From the NCBI GenBank assembly GCA_965112155.1, contig OZ218101.1: 64,000 nt of DNA, one strand, 5' to 3'. A program made the position numbers and the translations under genes. The DNA is from Podarcis liolepis. Taxonomy: Eukaryota. The notes beneath the pieces were generated by a model. The model ran no database searches. It saw only the letters and a program-made list of their open reading frames with translations, and was not told the origin of the DNA. Within the stretch, counting starts at the first letter, position 1, and each line of letters opens with the position of its first letter. Below, in pieces: positions 47,869 through 61,509 of this stretch.

Positions 47869-50672
47869 CGGTAGGGTATGAATTAGACCAAAAAGCAAAC
47901 AGACCTCTTAATTCTCCAGAGCTTTGGGGCTGATAGTTTAAGTAGGCAGATTGCTCATGATGTAACTAATACCACTAGAAGGTACTTGCCACCCGAGTTT
48001 CATCCCTCTCTAGGTCTGTGGTCCTTTAAACTGTGGGGTGGTATTGTTTTCGTTTGTTACTACGTTGTGTATCTTTGTGTTTTTATATGTGATGCTTGGA
48101 TGAAGGCTATTATAGAAATGCAATAAATAATAACAAAATAAATAATGACAGTCTCTGATACAGTTGGAGGAACCTACATAATTTCTTCAGTTACAAGGAT
48201 AATACATTTAACCCACTTTTTCCAATTTTGGGTAGGTGAACACCTAATCTGAAAAACCCATCCTTATGGACCAGCGATTCTCAACAGCAGCGAATGACTC
48301 TGCTGAGTTGTAAATTCAGCTGTTTGGTTTGCCCCCACCCCCCAGTTTGCTACCTGAACAATGTAACCGAATCACACTAATAATATCCCAAAATAACGAT
48401 TGATTCACCTGCCTCAAATTCTGTGATAATAACAAAACAGAACTATAAACTTACCTTAAAGAGTATCCATGAAAGGAGTGGGACGCATAGAAAACATTGC
48501 CTGGTGAATCACCATTGTTATCTGAGCCCTCTTCTCTCAATGAGCGAGAAACCTAAAGTAATGCCAAAACTCTGCAGGCTAGCAGCATCAGGCTGCTTAG
48601 TTTAAGAGCTCTTAGTTCCAGTGTAGATTATATTTCTCAGTAACTTTTGGATTTTTGCCTGCCATTTCCATCTAACTGTAATGCTACACTGCTTCAATTT
48701 TACTATAAGAATCTCTACCTCTAACCACCCAAGACAGTGAACGCAGCTGCCAGGGCAATCCAGAGCTGTTTGTCACCTAAGGCACTGCTGCATTTTTGGT
48801 CCTGCACCTTGCATGGAGCAGAAGGAAAGAGGAGGCAGCTCAGAACATCTCCAGCAGAAGAGCCTGTCCATGGCATCACTAACATCTCAGTCTTTGAGGC
48901 CTGGAGTTTTGGGAGGGGGAGCTTTAAAGCTGAGCTGGTGCTGGTAGCACCACCACCAAAGCGTGTCATCCCTTTGGGGTGTGGAAGAAGGGTTGATCAT
49001 CTAACCCCAGGATAAAGGGGTTGGAACACTCAGAAGTTGGCTGCTGGTGAGCTGTAGCCTCTCTTTGCAGCTACTAGTAGCTAACTTGTGCCTGGGGGAG
49101 ATGTTTGCAGCCTGGGGAGAGCAAGTGAAGCAGTTGGGGTGGTCAGAGGGATGCGGAAGAAGATAGCCCAATGAGAGGGACATGGCTCAGGCACCCTAGG
49201 CCTGACCTGCATGTTGGCCTCTCCTTCGGCACAGACTAAAGCCTAAGTATCCAAATTTCTCACTTTTCTGAATTTTGCAATACAGCCCTTGGTTCTAAAG
49301 CCATAGCAAAATGTGTAAAATCAATGTGTATTTTAAGACTGAAATATGTTCAGATATTGAGATAAAACATGCATTTAAATACATATGTATTTAATATGTA
49401 TTTCAATAAACATTCTCATACAGATCTTTTAAAAAGAACAGCAGTTCAGATTGATGCAGAAGTGGGACTGAATAAACTTGTGAATGAAAACATGTGAACC
49501 TGACATGGATCAGAAATAGACTGGTCCTTCTATCCTTAATTAAGTGGTCTTCCATTTCTTAGTGATAAGAACCTAGGAATAGCCTGCTGCATCAGGCCAA
49601 TGGTCCTAAGTTGTTCAAGAAACAAGAACATCTTCCTTACATTTGTATGTTTGGAGCTTTATTTCGAAACGTTAAGCTAGATGATTACAAAATTGCAGTG
49701 TGAAGAGTGTGAGTAGGTGGGTACTGAATAGGTAGAAACTATTTTCTTTCTTCCAAAACATCAGAACACTGGGTCATTCAATTAAAGTGGCTGCCAGCAA
49801 CAGAAACAGACAATAGTATTTGTTCTATTCTCAAAACATAAAGTGTTCTACAATAAAATCAAAATGTGTCTTGGAAAGCACTTAAGAATAATCTTAGCAC
49901 AAATTCAACTAAAAAGAAGTTCTGTCTATGATTACTGCAGTTAAAACTATATTATTTAACTTTTGTGGAGAGGAATGATGAAGTCTAAATAAATGACTAC
50001 TTGAATGGGCTGGGCTCATTCAAGCAGCACCTTCCAGCCTAAGATGTAGCTGCTGCTAAGTTTACTCCTTGCTGAAGCAGAGTATGGCTTCAGCCATCTC
50101 CTTAACACAAGTCAACCATAAAGCTGTAAGGCACAGAAATCACAAAAAGGCACAAGTGTTTGATCTGACTTAAGAATTTGTTCTTTACTGGGTGGTGGTA
50201 GATTGCCCCCAATTTGCCAGCCCCACAGAGCCAACACATACCCTTAGTGGGTGCCCTTCACATATTTTTTCTTGGTATGAGACCTGTTCAAAATATTCAC
50301 TAATATGTTAAATAAGATATTTGCCACTAGCTTTATCAATCTCAACTGCAAATGCTCCTGCACACACTACGTTGGGCTGGCTGGTGATTTAAAATCTCAC
50401 TCTGTTTCAGCCATAAGATGTTGCTGCACTAAAATGTGGCTAATATACTGGGATAATTGCTGTATAGTTATACTGCTGAGGAACGTGCCTTTCTTTAACA
50501 TGATTTAAAATGATCCTCCTTCCCCAAAATAGTTTTGAAATGTCTAAAGAATTCCCATAGTAATAGTAATCAGAAGGCTGTAATTCTATGGCAGGTTTGG
50601 GAAACGTCCAGCTTGGCAGATGCAATCACTTGTGGGGAACCTTCCAGAGTGGCACATGCCAGTGTTGGGTCA

Positions 50673-50720
<48 letters not shown>

Positions 50721-51056
50721 TTATTTATACCCTGCCCATCTGGCTGGGCTTCCCCTGCCACTCTGGGCAGCTCCCAACAATAGATTAAAAATACATTAAA
50801 ACACCAGTCATTAAAAACTTCCCTAAACAGGGCTGCCTTCAGATGACTTCTAAAAGTCAGTGAGTTGTTTATTTCCTTGACATCTGATGGGAGGGCATTC
50901 CACAGGACGGGCACCACTACCAAGAAGGCCCTCGCCTGGTTCCCTGTAACTTCGCTTCTCACATTGAGGGAACCGCCAAAAGGCCCTTGGAGCTGGACCT
51001 CGGTGTCTGGGTTGAACAATAGGGGTGGAGTCGCTCCTTCAGGTATACTGGGCTGA
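50673..51056 (-). mobile_element. L2 3' fragment with (TTA)n tail
   Basis: ORF 50570-51019 QARAFLVVVPVLWNALPSDVKEINNSLTFRSHLKAALF is the L2 C-terminus. (AAT)n at 50673-50720. Confidence 0.92.
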
Positions 51057-51313
51057 TGTGACTCTTACCAATGTACAGATATATAGTTATATATATAGAT
51101 GAATCAAATATAGATATATTCCATTGATTGCCATTGAATTTTGAAAAAGAGTTTTAATTTTTTAAATAAAAAAATAAACTATATGCATATACTTTTAACG
51201 AATGCAGATAAAAATGGAGATAAAAATCCGTACTTAAATGCAGACTGTACTAGGTTACATTCCAGTTACATGAATGTCAGTTCACCCGCACCTGAAAATG
51301 CATGCAGGGCATC

Positions 51314-51460
51314 CAGTGGCATAGCGTGGGGGTGCAGGGGGGGGCCGGCCGCACCGGGCGCAACATCTGGGGGTTAGGGTTAGGGGGCGCAAATCCACGG
51401 GTTAGGGGGCGCAAATTACTTGCCTTGCCCCGGGTGCTGACAACCCACGCTACGCCACTG
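51314..51460. mobile_element. GC-rich hAT-like MITE containing TTAGGG motifs
   Basis: 17-bp TIR CAGTGGCATAGCGTGGG / CCCACGCTACGCCACTG (1 mismatch). CpG-rich. An 8-bp TSD is not evident. Confidence 0.75.
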
Positions 51461-52431
51461 CCACTATCTGCCTGCTCATTGTGCAAAATTCCACTTATCC
51501 AGACATAAATATTTATGCTCAAACCTTGCTATACACTCCACAGATTCAGATAGCTAAGCAGCTGGAGTTTGCCCATTTCCTTACTTGTTTATGCTTTGCT
51601 TGTCAGTGTCAGCCATTTTCAGGCAGAAACCTTGCAGGAAGAGAGGGAGGGAGTAAGAGAGATCAGACAAATCAGATTTTCTCTTTTGCTGGTTGGCTTC
51701 AGCCATTCCACAAAGAAACCACTGAAGAAAGGGGGGGAGGGTTGAGAGATCAGACAAATTCTGAATTAGAATTTCCTTATGAGAAGGGGCTCCATTGGAG
51801 GAATTTCCTAATGGCATTTTTACCTGAGCTTTAATTGAGGCATGGATGGGAAGCCAGGGAGGTTAGCTACCAACCTTCTGAGATCAATGTGCTTGTAGAT
51901 TTTGTTTTCAAAAGAAGTGCTTCCTTTCACCTTAAAAAAGATCCACACTTATTTCTTTAACCATTAAAATAATTCACTTTTTAAAAGAATACACAAAGAA
52001 CAGCTGTCAAGAACTTAATAGACATTTTCCTAAACTTCATATGCTTACATGAAACACCAGCGAAAGTTTTATGGGGTTTTCAGGAAGTGCAGACACCTGG
52101 GAAAGATGCAGGATGCAGAGCACGAGAGAAATGTTTTGTGGATTGAAGAAAAAGGCATTCACAAAACCTCTTGGACACCTCAAACGTAAAACAAGCCCAG
52201 CAAAAATCTAGTATCCCACCCATGAGAATTTCATAGAATTTTTCTCTCCCGTTTGATAATTTTTGAGGACAGTTTCGTTTCTCAGAAACTGATGGTGAAT
52301 GGTAGAAAAAAATGTGGGAGAAATCTTAAACTCATCTAGTCAAAAGAAAATAGCTAAACTTATCTAAAAGTGATGACATGTGTTAACTAAAAGTACTTCA
52401 AAATATTTTTAGTTATCTTGATCATGTTAGC

Positions 52432-52778
52432 TGAAATATACTCGGAGTTGAGTGTGGATTTCATGCTCTTTATTCAGCTCATAGTAGTGAGGAATGAAAG
52501 TTCCCCCAAAATATCTGCTTTATATACATTTACACAATGGGCTGCACATGATTGGCTAATTCCTGGATTCTCCTGTAGGCCAATCATGTTGCGGATTCAC
52601 TTCCACCTGGCGCTGGATTGGGTGGCTCCAATCATACCGCTGCATTGTTCTAGGACCAGACTGCTGCATTCTGAATCCTATTGTTCTAGGACCAATCAGA
52701 CTGCTGCATTTTGGATCCTATTGTTCTAGGACCAATCAGATTGCTGCATTTGGATCCTATTCAACTCAGTACATAACC
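52432..52778 (-). mobile_element. Solo LTR family A, copy 2
   Basis: Colinear with 23273-23607. 5-bp TSD TTAGC (52427-52431, 52779-52783). Confidence 0.9.
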
Positions 52779-53520
52779 TTAGCTTAATACTAATGAGAGA
52801 GAATAATTTAAAATGGAGTGGTATTCAACAAGAAAAACAATACATAGATATACATAGAGAAGTTCAGTTTTGCATGCTTAAGTGGTACTAAAGAGATTCC
52901 CAGTATTGGCCTAACTCATTAGAATAAAGCACATTTCACATACTGTGAAGCAATTAGTACATGAAACCATGGATCCTAAAACACTTATATATAGTGCTGC
53001 TGTCATTAATGGAAGCGTGGGAGTGGAAGTGTTTTCAGGAGCAAGACCAAAATGCCTAAGCATTTTCCTAATGTACTTTAAGACACCAATGCAAATGATT
53101 TGTTTTCACTTCTGCATACTTTTATAAGTACATCTGCAGCATTATGCTTCTCAAAGTACAGTACTACTGGAAAGGGCCATTAAGCCAAGCACTTCTTCTT
53201 TCCCTTGGTTGCATTATGGATGATAGCAAAATGTTGACTGATGCTCCTGCTAATGGACTTTGAATGGAATGTATTTTCTGTTTCATTTGATAAGAGTCAG
53301 ATAGACTAGCCAGAAGATCCACTCTAATTTGTTGCTTAATTTATGATCAAATGAAAAAGTAACTCTATCTTTATTTTTTTAAGGCAATCATCTTTCTGTT
53401 TTATTCTTTTTTAAAAAAGCAACCCTACAGGGAATGGAAACCATGTGCAGCATTATTAAAAAATCATCATCACCATCCTCAAACATTAACCTTCCTTGTT
53501 AAAGGTTTTCTACATGCTTA

Positions 53521-53548
53521 CCAGTCAGGGGTACCTTTACCTTTACCT
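53521..53548 (+). mobile_element. Sauria SINE tail-only fragment
   Basis: GTCAGGGGTACCTTTACCTTTACC is identical to the SINE 3' terminus. Confidence 0.65.
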
Positions 53549-53676
53549 ATGAAAAACTCTATAAAACCAAAATGACAAACATTTCCGCCTTTTGTAGACT
53601 GCATGGACCCAAGGACTAGACTGGAGCAGATTTGCCATTTGGCTCATTTTCATTTTCACTCTTTGAGCCCAATTGA

Positions 53677-53720
53677 ATTTATTTATTTGTTTGTTTGTTT
53701 GTTTGTTTGTTTGTTTGTTT
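53677..53720. repeat. (TTTA)n(TTTG)n microsatellite
   Basis: Direct read of the sequence. Confidence 0.9.
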
Positions 53721-53783
53721 CAAAGTATTTTTAACTTGATGGTCATCCACAGATCCTAGGGTGGGTTACACAATTTCAAAATA

Positions 53784-54043
53784 CTGTATTTTTCGCTCTA
53801 TAAGATGCACCAGACCACAAGACACACCTAGTTTTTGGAGGAGGAAAACAAGAAAAAAAATATTCTGAATCTCAGAAGCCAGAACAGCAAGAGGGATCGC
53901 TGCGCAGTGAAAGCAGCAATCCCTCTTGCTGTTCTGGCTTTTGGGATAGCTGCGCAGCCTACATTTGCTCCATAAGATGCACACACATTTCCCCTTACTT
54001 TTTAGGAGGGAAAAAGTGAGTCTTATAGAGCAAAAAAATACGG
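53784..54043. mobile_element. Tc1/mariner (Tc2/pogo-like) MITE
   Basis: TIR CTGTATTTTTCGCTCTATAAGA / TCTTATAGAGCAAAAAAATACGG. TA TSD (53782-53783, 54044-54045). Internal hairpin AGAAGCCAGAACAGCAAGAGGGAT...ATCCCTCTTGCTGTTCTGGCTTTT. Confidence 0.9.
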
Positions 54044-54109
54044 TAACAGCAATATACCCCTATTAAATAAGAGCAGGTAAAAAAAATTTAAAACTTTCAA
54101 CCTAAAGAA

Positions 54110-54830
54110 CCACTGCAAATCAGAGGAGTGCATACTGGGTTGAATTAGCCAGTAGTTCGGCTTGATATACAGCGAGTTCATACGCTCATATATGAAGCTA
54201 GAATATCTAGCAGAAAAGCCATTTTACAATTCTGATGTTTACCACCGTTCACTAAAAGCCAGCAGCAGAACTGAATTGCTCTGAGGAGTGTCTAGAGCAT
54301 TGAGTAGCATCATTAATTAATTCGTGCTTCCATTGTGAGGTTTAATGGGTATCAGCCAAGGGAAGTGACACTGTTGTTGTACATCGCAGGTCCTCTATGT
54401 CAGCTAGAAACCATATCATTTGCCTTAAATTATTTGGCCTGTTCAATTTTTGGTCAACTGAGCTTCCATTTTCTCTTTGTGTGTTTTTGTCACCTTTACT
54501 TCTAATTGACATTCTGAATGCAAGACCTTTGATGCCTGTCTCCACACTAAATGACTGCTTTTAAGGGAAATTAAAACAACCGTGGAAGACAGCAGCATGC
54601 TGATAAATTATGCCACCGCTTGTAATCTGCATACTATCAGTCCTGAAAATGTGAAAGGTCAAATGTGAAGAGCAGACATTGGCAGTAATTGTATTCCTAA
54701 ACCCTCTTCTCTATTTATCGTCAGAGTTTGATCAGCGGCATCTCATATGTCCCACCAAACATATGTAAAAGAGATCCTAAAGTGTGACTTCTTGTTTTCC
54801 ACTCTTAGGGATGAGTCAGTGATCCATAGG
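54110..54830. promoter_or_regulatory. Candidate conserved enhancer-like element
   Basis: Repeat-free with retained CpGs. Clustered motifs: ATTAATTAAT (54312), SOX CATTGT (54331), TCF/LEF CCTTTGAT (54526), TGATAA (54601), NBRE AAAGGTCA (54654), AP-1 TGAGTCA (54812). Conservation not tested. Confidence 0.35.
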
Positions 54831-55169
54831 ATCTGATGAAAGTGTCTAAGCAGCACTGTCACAGGAGGACTTTCTCTAAAGCATCTGCACACCCACACTA
54901 TATCAGATTCCCAATAAGCCACGGAGCAGATCTAATTCTCATAGCTCTGAAACATGCTTAGGAAGTTCACATAATTTGATCTTGGCTGATCTTACATATT
55001 CCTATTGCTTATCAGGAAAGCCACAGGGAGTTGGCAAGTGTATACTGTACTTGAATACCTAGCATGTGCATTCAAATTGACTTTGACTATTTGGTTATTT
55101 GCGCACTTTGGAGTGCAAACCTAGTCTTTTGCTCTAAACCACAATGTAATCCGAGCATTTCTTTGAATA

Positions 55170-55408
55170 CAGTGGTACCTCAGGTTAAAAACTTAATTCG
55201 TTCTGGAGGTCTGTTCTAAACCTGAAACTGTTCTTAACCTTAGGTACCACTTTAGCTAATGGGGCCTCCCACTGCTGCTGCGCCGCCGCACAATTTCTGT
55301 TCTCATCCTGAAGCAAAGTTCTTAGCCTGAGGTATTATTTCTGGGTTATCAGAGTCTGTAATCTGAAGTGTCTGTAACCTGAAGCATCTGTAACCCGAGG
55401 TACCATCG
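55170..55408 (+). mobile_element. Tigger/pogo-like MITE family B, copy 1
   Basis: TIR CAGTGGTACCTCAGGTTA / TAACCCGAGGTACCATCG with TA TSD. Confidence 0.9.
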
Positions 55409-56950
55409 TACCAGTAGCTCGTACCAGTACCAGTAGCTCCATTGTGCTCATGTCCTATTGTGGGTTTCCCCAAGTCCTCTGATTCACCACTCTAGGAAAC
55501 AGAAACAGAATGCCTCTCCTCTGATCCACTAGGGCTCCTTTGTGGTTATGTCAGATTGAGGATTGAATGAGTGGACGGCCGTGCTTTGGGAGTTTCTGTG
55601 AATTTTCCCCCTCACACTACTGGCACAGAGACCCAAGTCCAGCTTCCCAGCATCTGCCATTAACCCTGCCCTACCACTACTATAGTTTCCTAGCCCTCAC
55701 AGCTAGGTTCACTCTGAGAACAGAAGCCTTTTGGGTGAGGGGTGGGAATCGTTTGAGAAATTGGAATACAAGTTTCAGCACATAACTGGATTTAAAAAGT
55801 TGTGTAGTAACTTCTGTGGCTCTACCTTCAGTTTCTGGATGTTTTTGAGACTCCTGTCCAGTGGATAATTCATTGTCCTTTAACTGTACTCAAAGAAACA
55901 TTTAGTGCTTTGGGGAGCTGCCCACCACACAAAACATCTAAGTTTGGTCATTCTTCCTGTAATGCATTGTGGGATTTGAAGGTTTTCACATTTAGTTCCC
56001 ACATGGTCAGTAGGCCTAGTCTACAGTCCTAAAGTTCCAAGCTGCACACAAGGAATTTGGCTGGCAATTATAATTTAAGAAACTTTTCAGTTAGTTACAC
56101 ACAAAATCAAAAGTAATTTGTCTGCCTTTTCTGAAGCCAAGGCTGGTTCTGCTTTACTAGGAGTGAAAGTCTATAAATCTGAAAACATAAGAATACGTTT
56201 CTTATCTTGCTTGAATTGAATTTAATAAGTCCCAGGGTAGAGTCTCTTTTTAAATGATTTATTGTTCTTCCCTGACAGCACTTTTTATGAAAAATTTACC
56301 CTATGCCCAGGAGTGTCCTGAAATAGAAGCTTTGTTTTGAACGGCACACATACTCAGCAGGCGTTCTGTGCTCCTACAGGGCTGCTTTAAGCAGCATGGG
56401 TTGCATATGGAGGTAAACATTGTTTTGCATCTGGAGTCCTCAACAGAACAAGGAAATACAGAGCAATATGTAAACCTCTTGTGACTAATCTAGATCCTAG
56501 GTTGCACAAGGGATTCTGTGGTAATTGTTTTTCAGGGGAAAATATTCTGCATGTGTTCTGGGAAGCACATATGAGCAGGAAAATAATTTTCCCCCTCAGA
56601 CAAAAAGTGTCATCCACAGAACACAGCTTCTGTGCATTGAAAGCAAGATCCCAAGAGGTTATCTAGTAGTAAAGCCATCTGCAAAGTGCATTCTCACAGC
56701 ACAGGGTTGTGCAAGGAAACCAGAAATCAAGTTTGGACTTAGGCCTAGGTTGAAATGTATGTTAAGGAAAACTTCATGCAGCAAGAACAAGAGGAAACTA
56801 AAAATTAAGAACCAGAGTCGTGGAGGTGGGGAAAACCCAAGTAAAACATTTACCGGTAGCTTGATTGTTGACATGGAAGTAGGAGCACTTTCTTCCACAG
56901 CCCTAGTTAATCTACTTAATTTTATTCATTGTGGCTGCCTTGGCACACTT

Positions 56951-57204
56951 GAGAGCCAGGTGTGGTGTAGTGGTTAAGAGCGGTAGTCTCGTAATCTGGG
57001 GAACCGGGTTCGCGTCTCCGCTCCTCCACATGCAGCTGCTGGGTGACCTTGGGCCAGTCACACTTCTTTGAAGTCTCTCAGCCTCACTCACCTCACAGAG
57101 TGTTTGTTGTGGGGGAGGAAGGGAAAGGAGAATGTTAGCCGCTTTGAGACTCCTTAAAGGGAGTGAAAGGTGGGATATCAAATCCAAACTCTTCTTCTCT
57201 TCTT
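56951..57204 (+). mobile_element. Squam3-type tRNA/CORE SINE, full length, young
   Basis: A box TGGTGTAGTGG, B box-like GGGTTCGCGTCTCC, CORE-like GGGTGACCTTGGGCCAGTCAC...TCTCTCAGCCTCA, L2-like 3' end and (CTT)n tail. Confidence 0.88.
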
Positions 57205-59706
57205 GGGTAGCAAATGGCCTAATGCAGGGGTGAGGAACTTTTTACAATCCAAAGGTTGCATTACCTCATGGAAAACCTTCATGGGACCACATAGGCCTGG
57301 CCCCAGCAATCAGCCAGATCAGGCACCATCTGAGGGTTCAGAAGGCCTCTTCATCAGCTTGACCCAAGCATGTTGCCATTCACTACTATCTATGCTAGAT
57401 CCTTGACTGACAATGCTTCAGCCTATAAATTTTGTAGATCTGTAGACTGAGTAGTTCTCATAGTTCTATAGCCTGGGACACTGCATTATGGATAGATTAA
57501 GATAGTGGTGGCCACCACAGATGGGAAGCAAACTTGGTTCCCATTCAAAAGGGGCAGCGGGGTGGCATTTTGGTAGAGGGTGGTGGTGCCCCTTTTGAAT
57601 GGGAGCCATGCAGGCTGGTGTGTGTAGTGGCCTGACTGATGAAAGGAAATATGGCTTGGGGATGATCCCAATGGTCAGATAAAAAGACCTGGAGGGCTTC
57701 ATTTGCCGCATAGTCTAAGGTATCCATCTCCTGATGTAGCGTATTGAGAATAATATCACTCAGCTGGGGATATCTTGGTGAATTTTATTTGCTTTTGTTT
57801 CTGGACATTTTGTGGCTCAAACTGTTTTCATCTGGATCAACTCTGATGCCAGGGTTTTTCTGTATCTAGTCCTGAGTTGTCACTGATCCTTACTTTTCCT
57901 AGTTGCCTGCAACAGAGTTGAACCTCTTGAGGCTATATATACAGAATAATTGGAGGCTGCTGATCTTTTTCCATCTTCTTGTCTAGCTGCAAGAAGATGG
58001 CCATAAGAGAGGCTATCTCAATTAGTCTTGACAGAAGAGTTTATTAATCCTGATACAATGTTGAACCAAACCCTCTTGTACCCTGAGTACCCAAGACATT
58101 CCCTACCAGATTGAATTTTTCTTTTTAGGCAAGTATACTAAGTTGATGACACTGATCAAACTCCAGGTAATTCTGAAATAGGTTGATATTTTAATGCATT
58201 TCAACTTAGCTTCAGGACTCAGATGTATATATGCCCTGCCACATAATTTGGGTCTAGAAACTGAAAAGAAGAAATAGTGCCATTAGTTTTTCTAGGTGTT
58301 TTGATGCATTTTCTTACTAACAACTATTGTATACTGTTGGGTTCATGAGGATAAGCCAGTGAGGGCATAGACAGAGCCCTCCCCATTATGGTTCCACAAA
58401 GTTAGAATTGCCTTCCCATCAGAAAAGAACTATAGAAGAGTTTGGGAACCACTGTAATTATTTTTTTACAAGTTATTCCAACATTCCTATAATTCATCCT
58501 GTAGTAGTCAATTGAAAAGTGATACTACATCGAGAGAAAAGCTTTCAGACGTGAGGGCCTACTTAATATAGTAGAACTGCATATGAATGCATGGCAGTAA
58601 ATTTTTTTGTTTCCTTTTACCAATACATGCCTTACTCCTGTACAACATTTTAGGGATGCCACGAAATGATTGAGAGAAAAAAATAAATCAAATTTTCATG
58701 CTCACAACTTTGATAGCATTCCATTAATGACAACAGAGCATGCTATAGCAATGAAGTTGAATCTGTACATTTCATTTAGCTTCCAGCAAATATCTACTCC
58801 AAGTTTTCAATTTTCTGCTGCGCAGCATCAGAAGTCTGTCTGGGGTAGCAGAAATGTGTTTCTAATTGCTTTCTTTATGCAAAGGAGATGTCATAGATGA
58901 CTAACAGCAGGCCTATTAATCACCAGTCTAAGTGCAGCCAGTCTTCTGCATACAATATTTATACGTACATGTTTGGAAATTATATACAGATGATTTGAAA
59001 CAGTGCTAAACAGTGCTGCATTCAAGTAGTCTCTAAATCCTAGTAGGATACAATCACGGAAATGCGTATACAAGTAAGTCTGCCTCTGTTTTTCCCAATT
59101 GCTTAACTTTATTTCAGTAGCTGTTTCAGCTACCACCTTCATCAGTAACAGTATTTATAAGCCCATCATTGCCTTGTCAACCAGTGTATCTCATACTTGA
59201 ACATAGGAAGCTGCCTTACACTGGCCACGTTTGCACATAATGTTAAGCCAAATCATTGATTGTTGCAAACACATGAATAAGCTGCCTACCAGGAAGGAGA
59301 TTGCAGCCCCTTTGTTCTTCCCTGGCCCCTTTAGCACAGCATGGCAGCTAAGCCATGTTTTGTTTTGTTTAGCTTGCCATCTGAGCCCAGGATCATGCTT
59401 AAACTCTCTTCTCCTTAACCATAATCTGTAGCCAATAGACAGTTTTAGAGATCCTAGGTTCAGATGGCATATTTAGTCAAACCTTGGTTTAGCTGGCAAT
59501 TTGCATTGAGCCAAAAGGACCAGGGGGAAGCAATGCAGTTGTGAAATCCTCTCTGGCAGCCAGCTCATCTGTGTCATCCTGGTAAGCCATAGTTTACTGT
59601 GATGTATGTACTAGGCCACTGGCTCAGATCATTGGTCAATTTCGCTCAGTCGAGCTACACTGTTTGCCAGTGGCTCTCCAGGATTTCAGCCCTGATTTCT
59701 GCCAGA

Positions 59707-60086
59707 TAGAGATGGGAGGAGAAATTCAGTTCATTTTATTGCTATCAAGTTCACACTTTCCTAAAATAATAAGATAACCAAATACAGCCATCCTTTGAAA
59801 TTTTGCAATACTGGTCTCCAACCAGAGTTTGCACCCTCCCACAAACCATATATTAGAGGAAAGTGTGCATTAAAATGAATACATTGGTGAAGATAGCATA
59901 CAAAATGCATTATATTAGGAAGAATTGCTTGCAAAAATGCATACATTCATTAAAATTGCATACAAATATATTTTTATCAGGAGAAATTAACACTAGCATA
60001 ATGAATATTTTGGGGCAAATTTCTGCAGAAGTATGGAGCAAATGAGTAGCTGAGAGAACTAAAGTTGACAGATCTTTCCATCCCTA
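59707..60086. mobile_element. Old AT-rich hAT-like MITE (related pieces ~21792-21972, 40698-41112, 49245-49537)
   Basis: Ends TAGAGATGGGA / TTCCATCCCTA. AT-rich interior rich in ATGCA/TGCAT, shared among the listed loci. Confidence 0.55.
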
Positions 60087-60840
60087 CTTGGGGGCCTTAT
60101 TATTTGCATATTTCACCACTGAGCTGCAGCCACTCTACAGAGTTCCTCTGTGCATTTGTGTGTCCTCCGCACACATAGCTGGCCTTTCTGCTAGATTGTG
60201 CTCAGATAAAAATATTATTATTTGGTCATACATGTTTTTTGTTTTATTTTTTATGTCTGTAGGGATGGGAACCCCCTACTGTAACTGCATTTCTTTCAGA
60301 CCTAGGGAATTATTTTTCAAATTGCTGTTTGCTTATTCTTCCACATCAACAGCCACAACTTAATAAGAAAATATTATTACTCTCTTGTCTGTACAGTTTC
60401 AAAGGTTTCTCTGTGTGCAAAGCTCTGAAAGCACTGTGAGGAGAGAGAGAAAAAGAAAGAGAGAGAGAATGCAATTACTTTATTAGTTTAATTGTGGCTT
60501 CTTGGACCTGCAGAGGCTAAGGGAGAGCGCTAATCAATTTGCAGATAAAGTCTAGCTACATTTTGCATAGTCCCATCTGTTGAGAAAGCCTAGTTATATT
60601 CCAAAGGGTACATTCATCAAGCTACATCTAAGCGCTATCCTCCTTGCCCCCTGCCCACAGCAGACTCTACGCAATATTAGAATTCTGCAAAGAGAATAAC
60701 CAAAGTCTCTCTTTTTTCCATTTAGCTTCCTCTTCTGTGATGAGAGGCTAGCTAAAAACGAACCAAAGGAAGATTAGTTAGTGTTCGGCCCAGCAATGAA
60801 GATAGTAGGGAGGCGGGGGGTTTTCTTCTTCTTTCACCAG

Positions 60841-60934
60841 AGGCGCTGCCCAGGCACTGCTAATGCAGGTCCTGCAGTCCCAGAGCAAGCTGGCAAATAG
60901 GAAACAGCAGTGTTAGCAAGTGTTTGAGACCTGG
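60841..60934 (+). other. Candidate non-coding (5' UTR or lncRNA) exon, 94 nt
   Basis: Acceptor TTTTCTTCTTCTTTCACCAG| and donor GG|GTAAGT. Stops in all three frames. Confidence 0.35.
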
Positions 60935-61137
60935 GTAAGTATGTCTTAGGTAGAGCAGACCCTGCAGTCTGGCACCTTGCTGAGACTTGTGGGTTTGCAA
61001 TGATGGGACATTGGGCTGAGAAGAATAAATGGGGTCAGAATTCTAGTGGCAGATGCTCACTGCTTAGCCTACTATAAGGAAGTAGTTTGAGAAATACATA
61101 CTTCATGCATTTTTAAAACTACCATTGTTTTGGACTA

Positions 61138-61347
61138 CAGTGGTACCTTGGTTTGCTACTGCTTTGGATTACAACCGATTTGGATTACAACCACATCAAA
61201 CCCAGAAGTGTGTGTCCCTTTTTTTTGGATTACAACCCATTTTTGGGGGGAGGCCCCATTGATGAAAGCGTGCCTTGGGTTACACCCTGTTTTGGTTTAC
61301 AACTGGACCTCCGAAATGGATTATGGTTGTAAACCAAGGTACTACTG
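61138..61347. mobile_element. Tigger/pogo-like MITE family C
   Basis: TIR CAGTGGTACCTTGGTTT / AAACCAAGGTACTACTG with TA TSD. Internal TTTGGATTACAACC repeats. Confidence 0.88.
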
Positions 61348-61509
61348 TATTAATCTTGGTTTTGGCATGCTGCCTGGGCAACAGTTCCAATCTTATAAAC
61401 CCACTGTTTCCAAACACAGCAGCAATAGCAATCTGTAATGTTTGCCTGAAATTCCAGTTCCTTTGCCACACTTCTGATTGCCCTTTGACCAACATGTATT
61501 TTTATTTTA

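Noticed and set aside
23273-52778. Two family-A LTRs as the ends of one 29-kb provirus
   Set aside because: Each has its own distinct TSD (ACTTC vs TTAGC) and no gag-pol lies between them.
56525-56977. 150-aa plus-strand ORF
   Set aside because: Non-ATG start, no motifs, and it runs into a SINE.
56951-57030. tRNA gene
   Set aside because: It is the tRNA-derived head of a Squam3-type SINE, continuing into CORE and LINE-derived tail; the same applies to the Sauria SINE heads.
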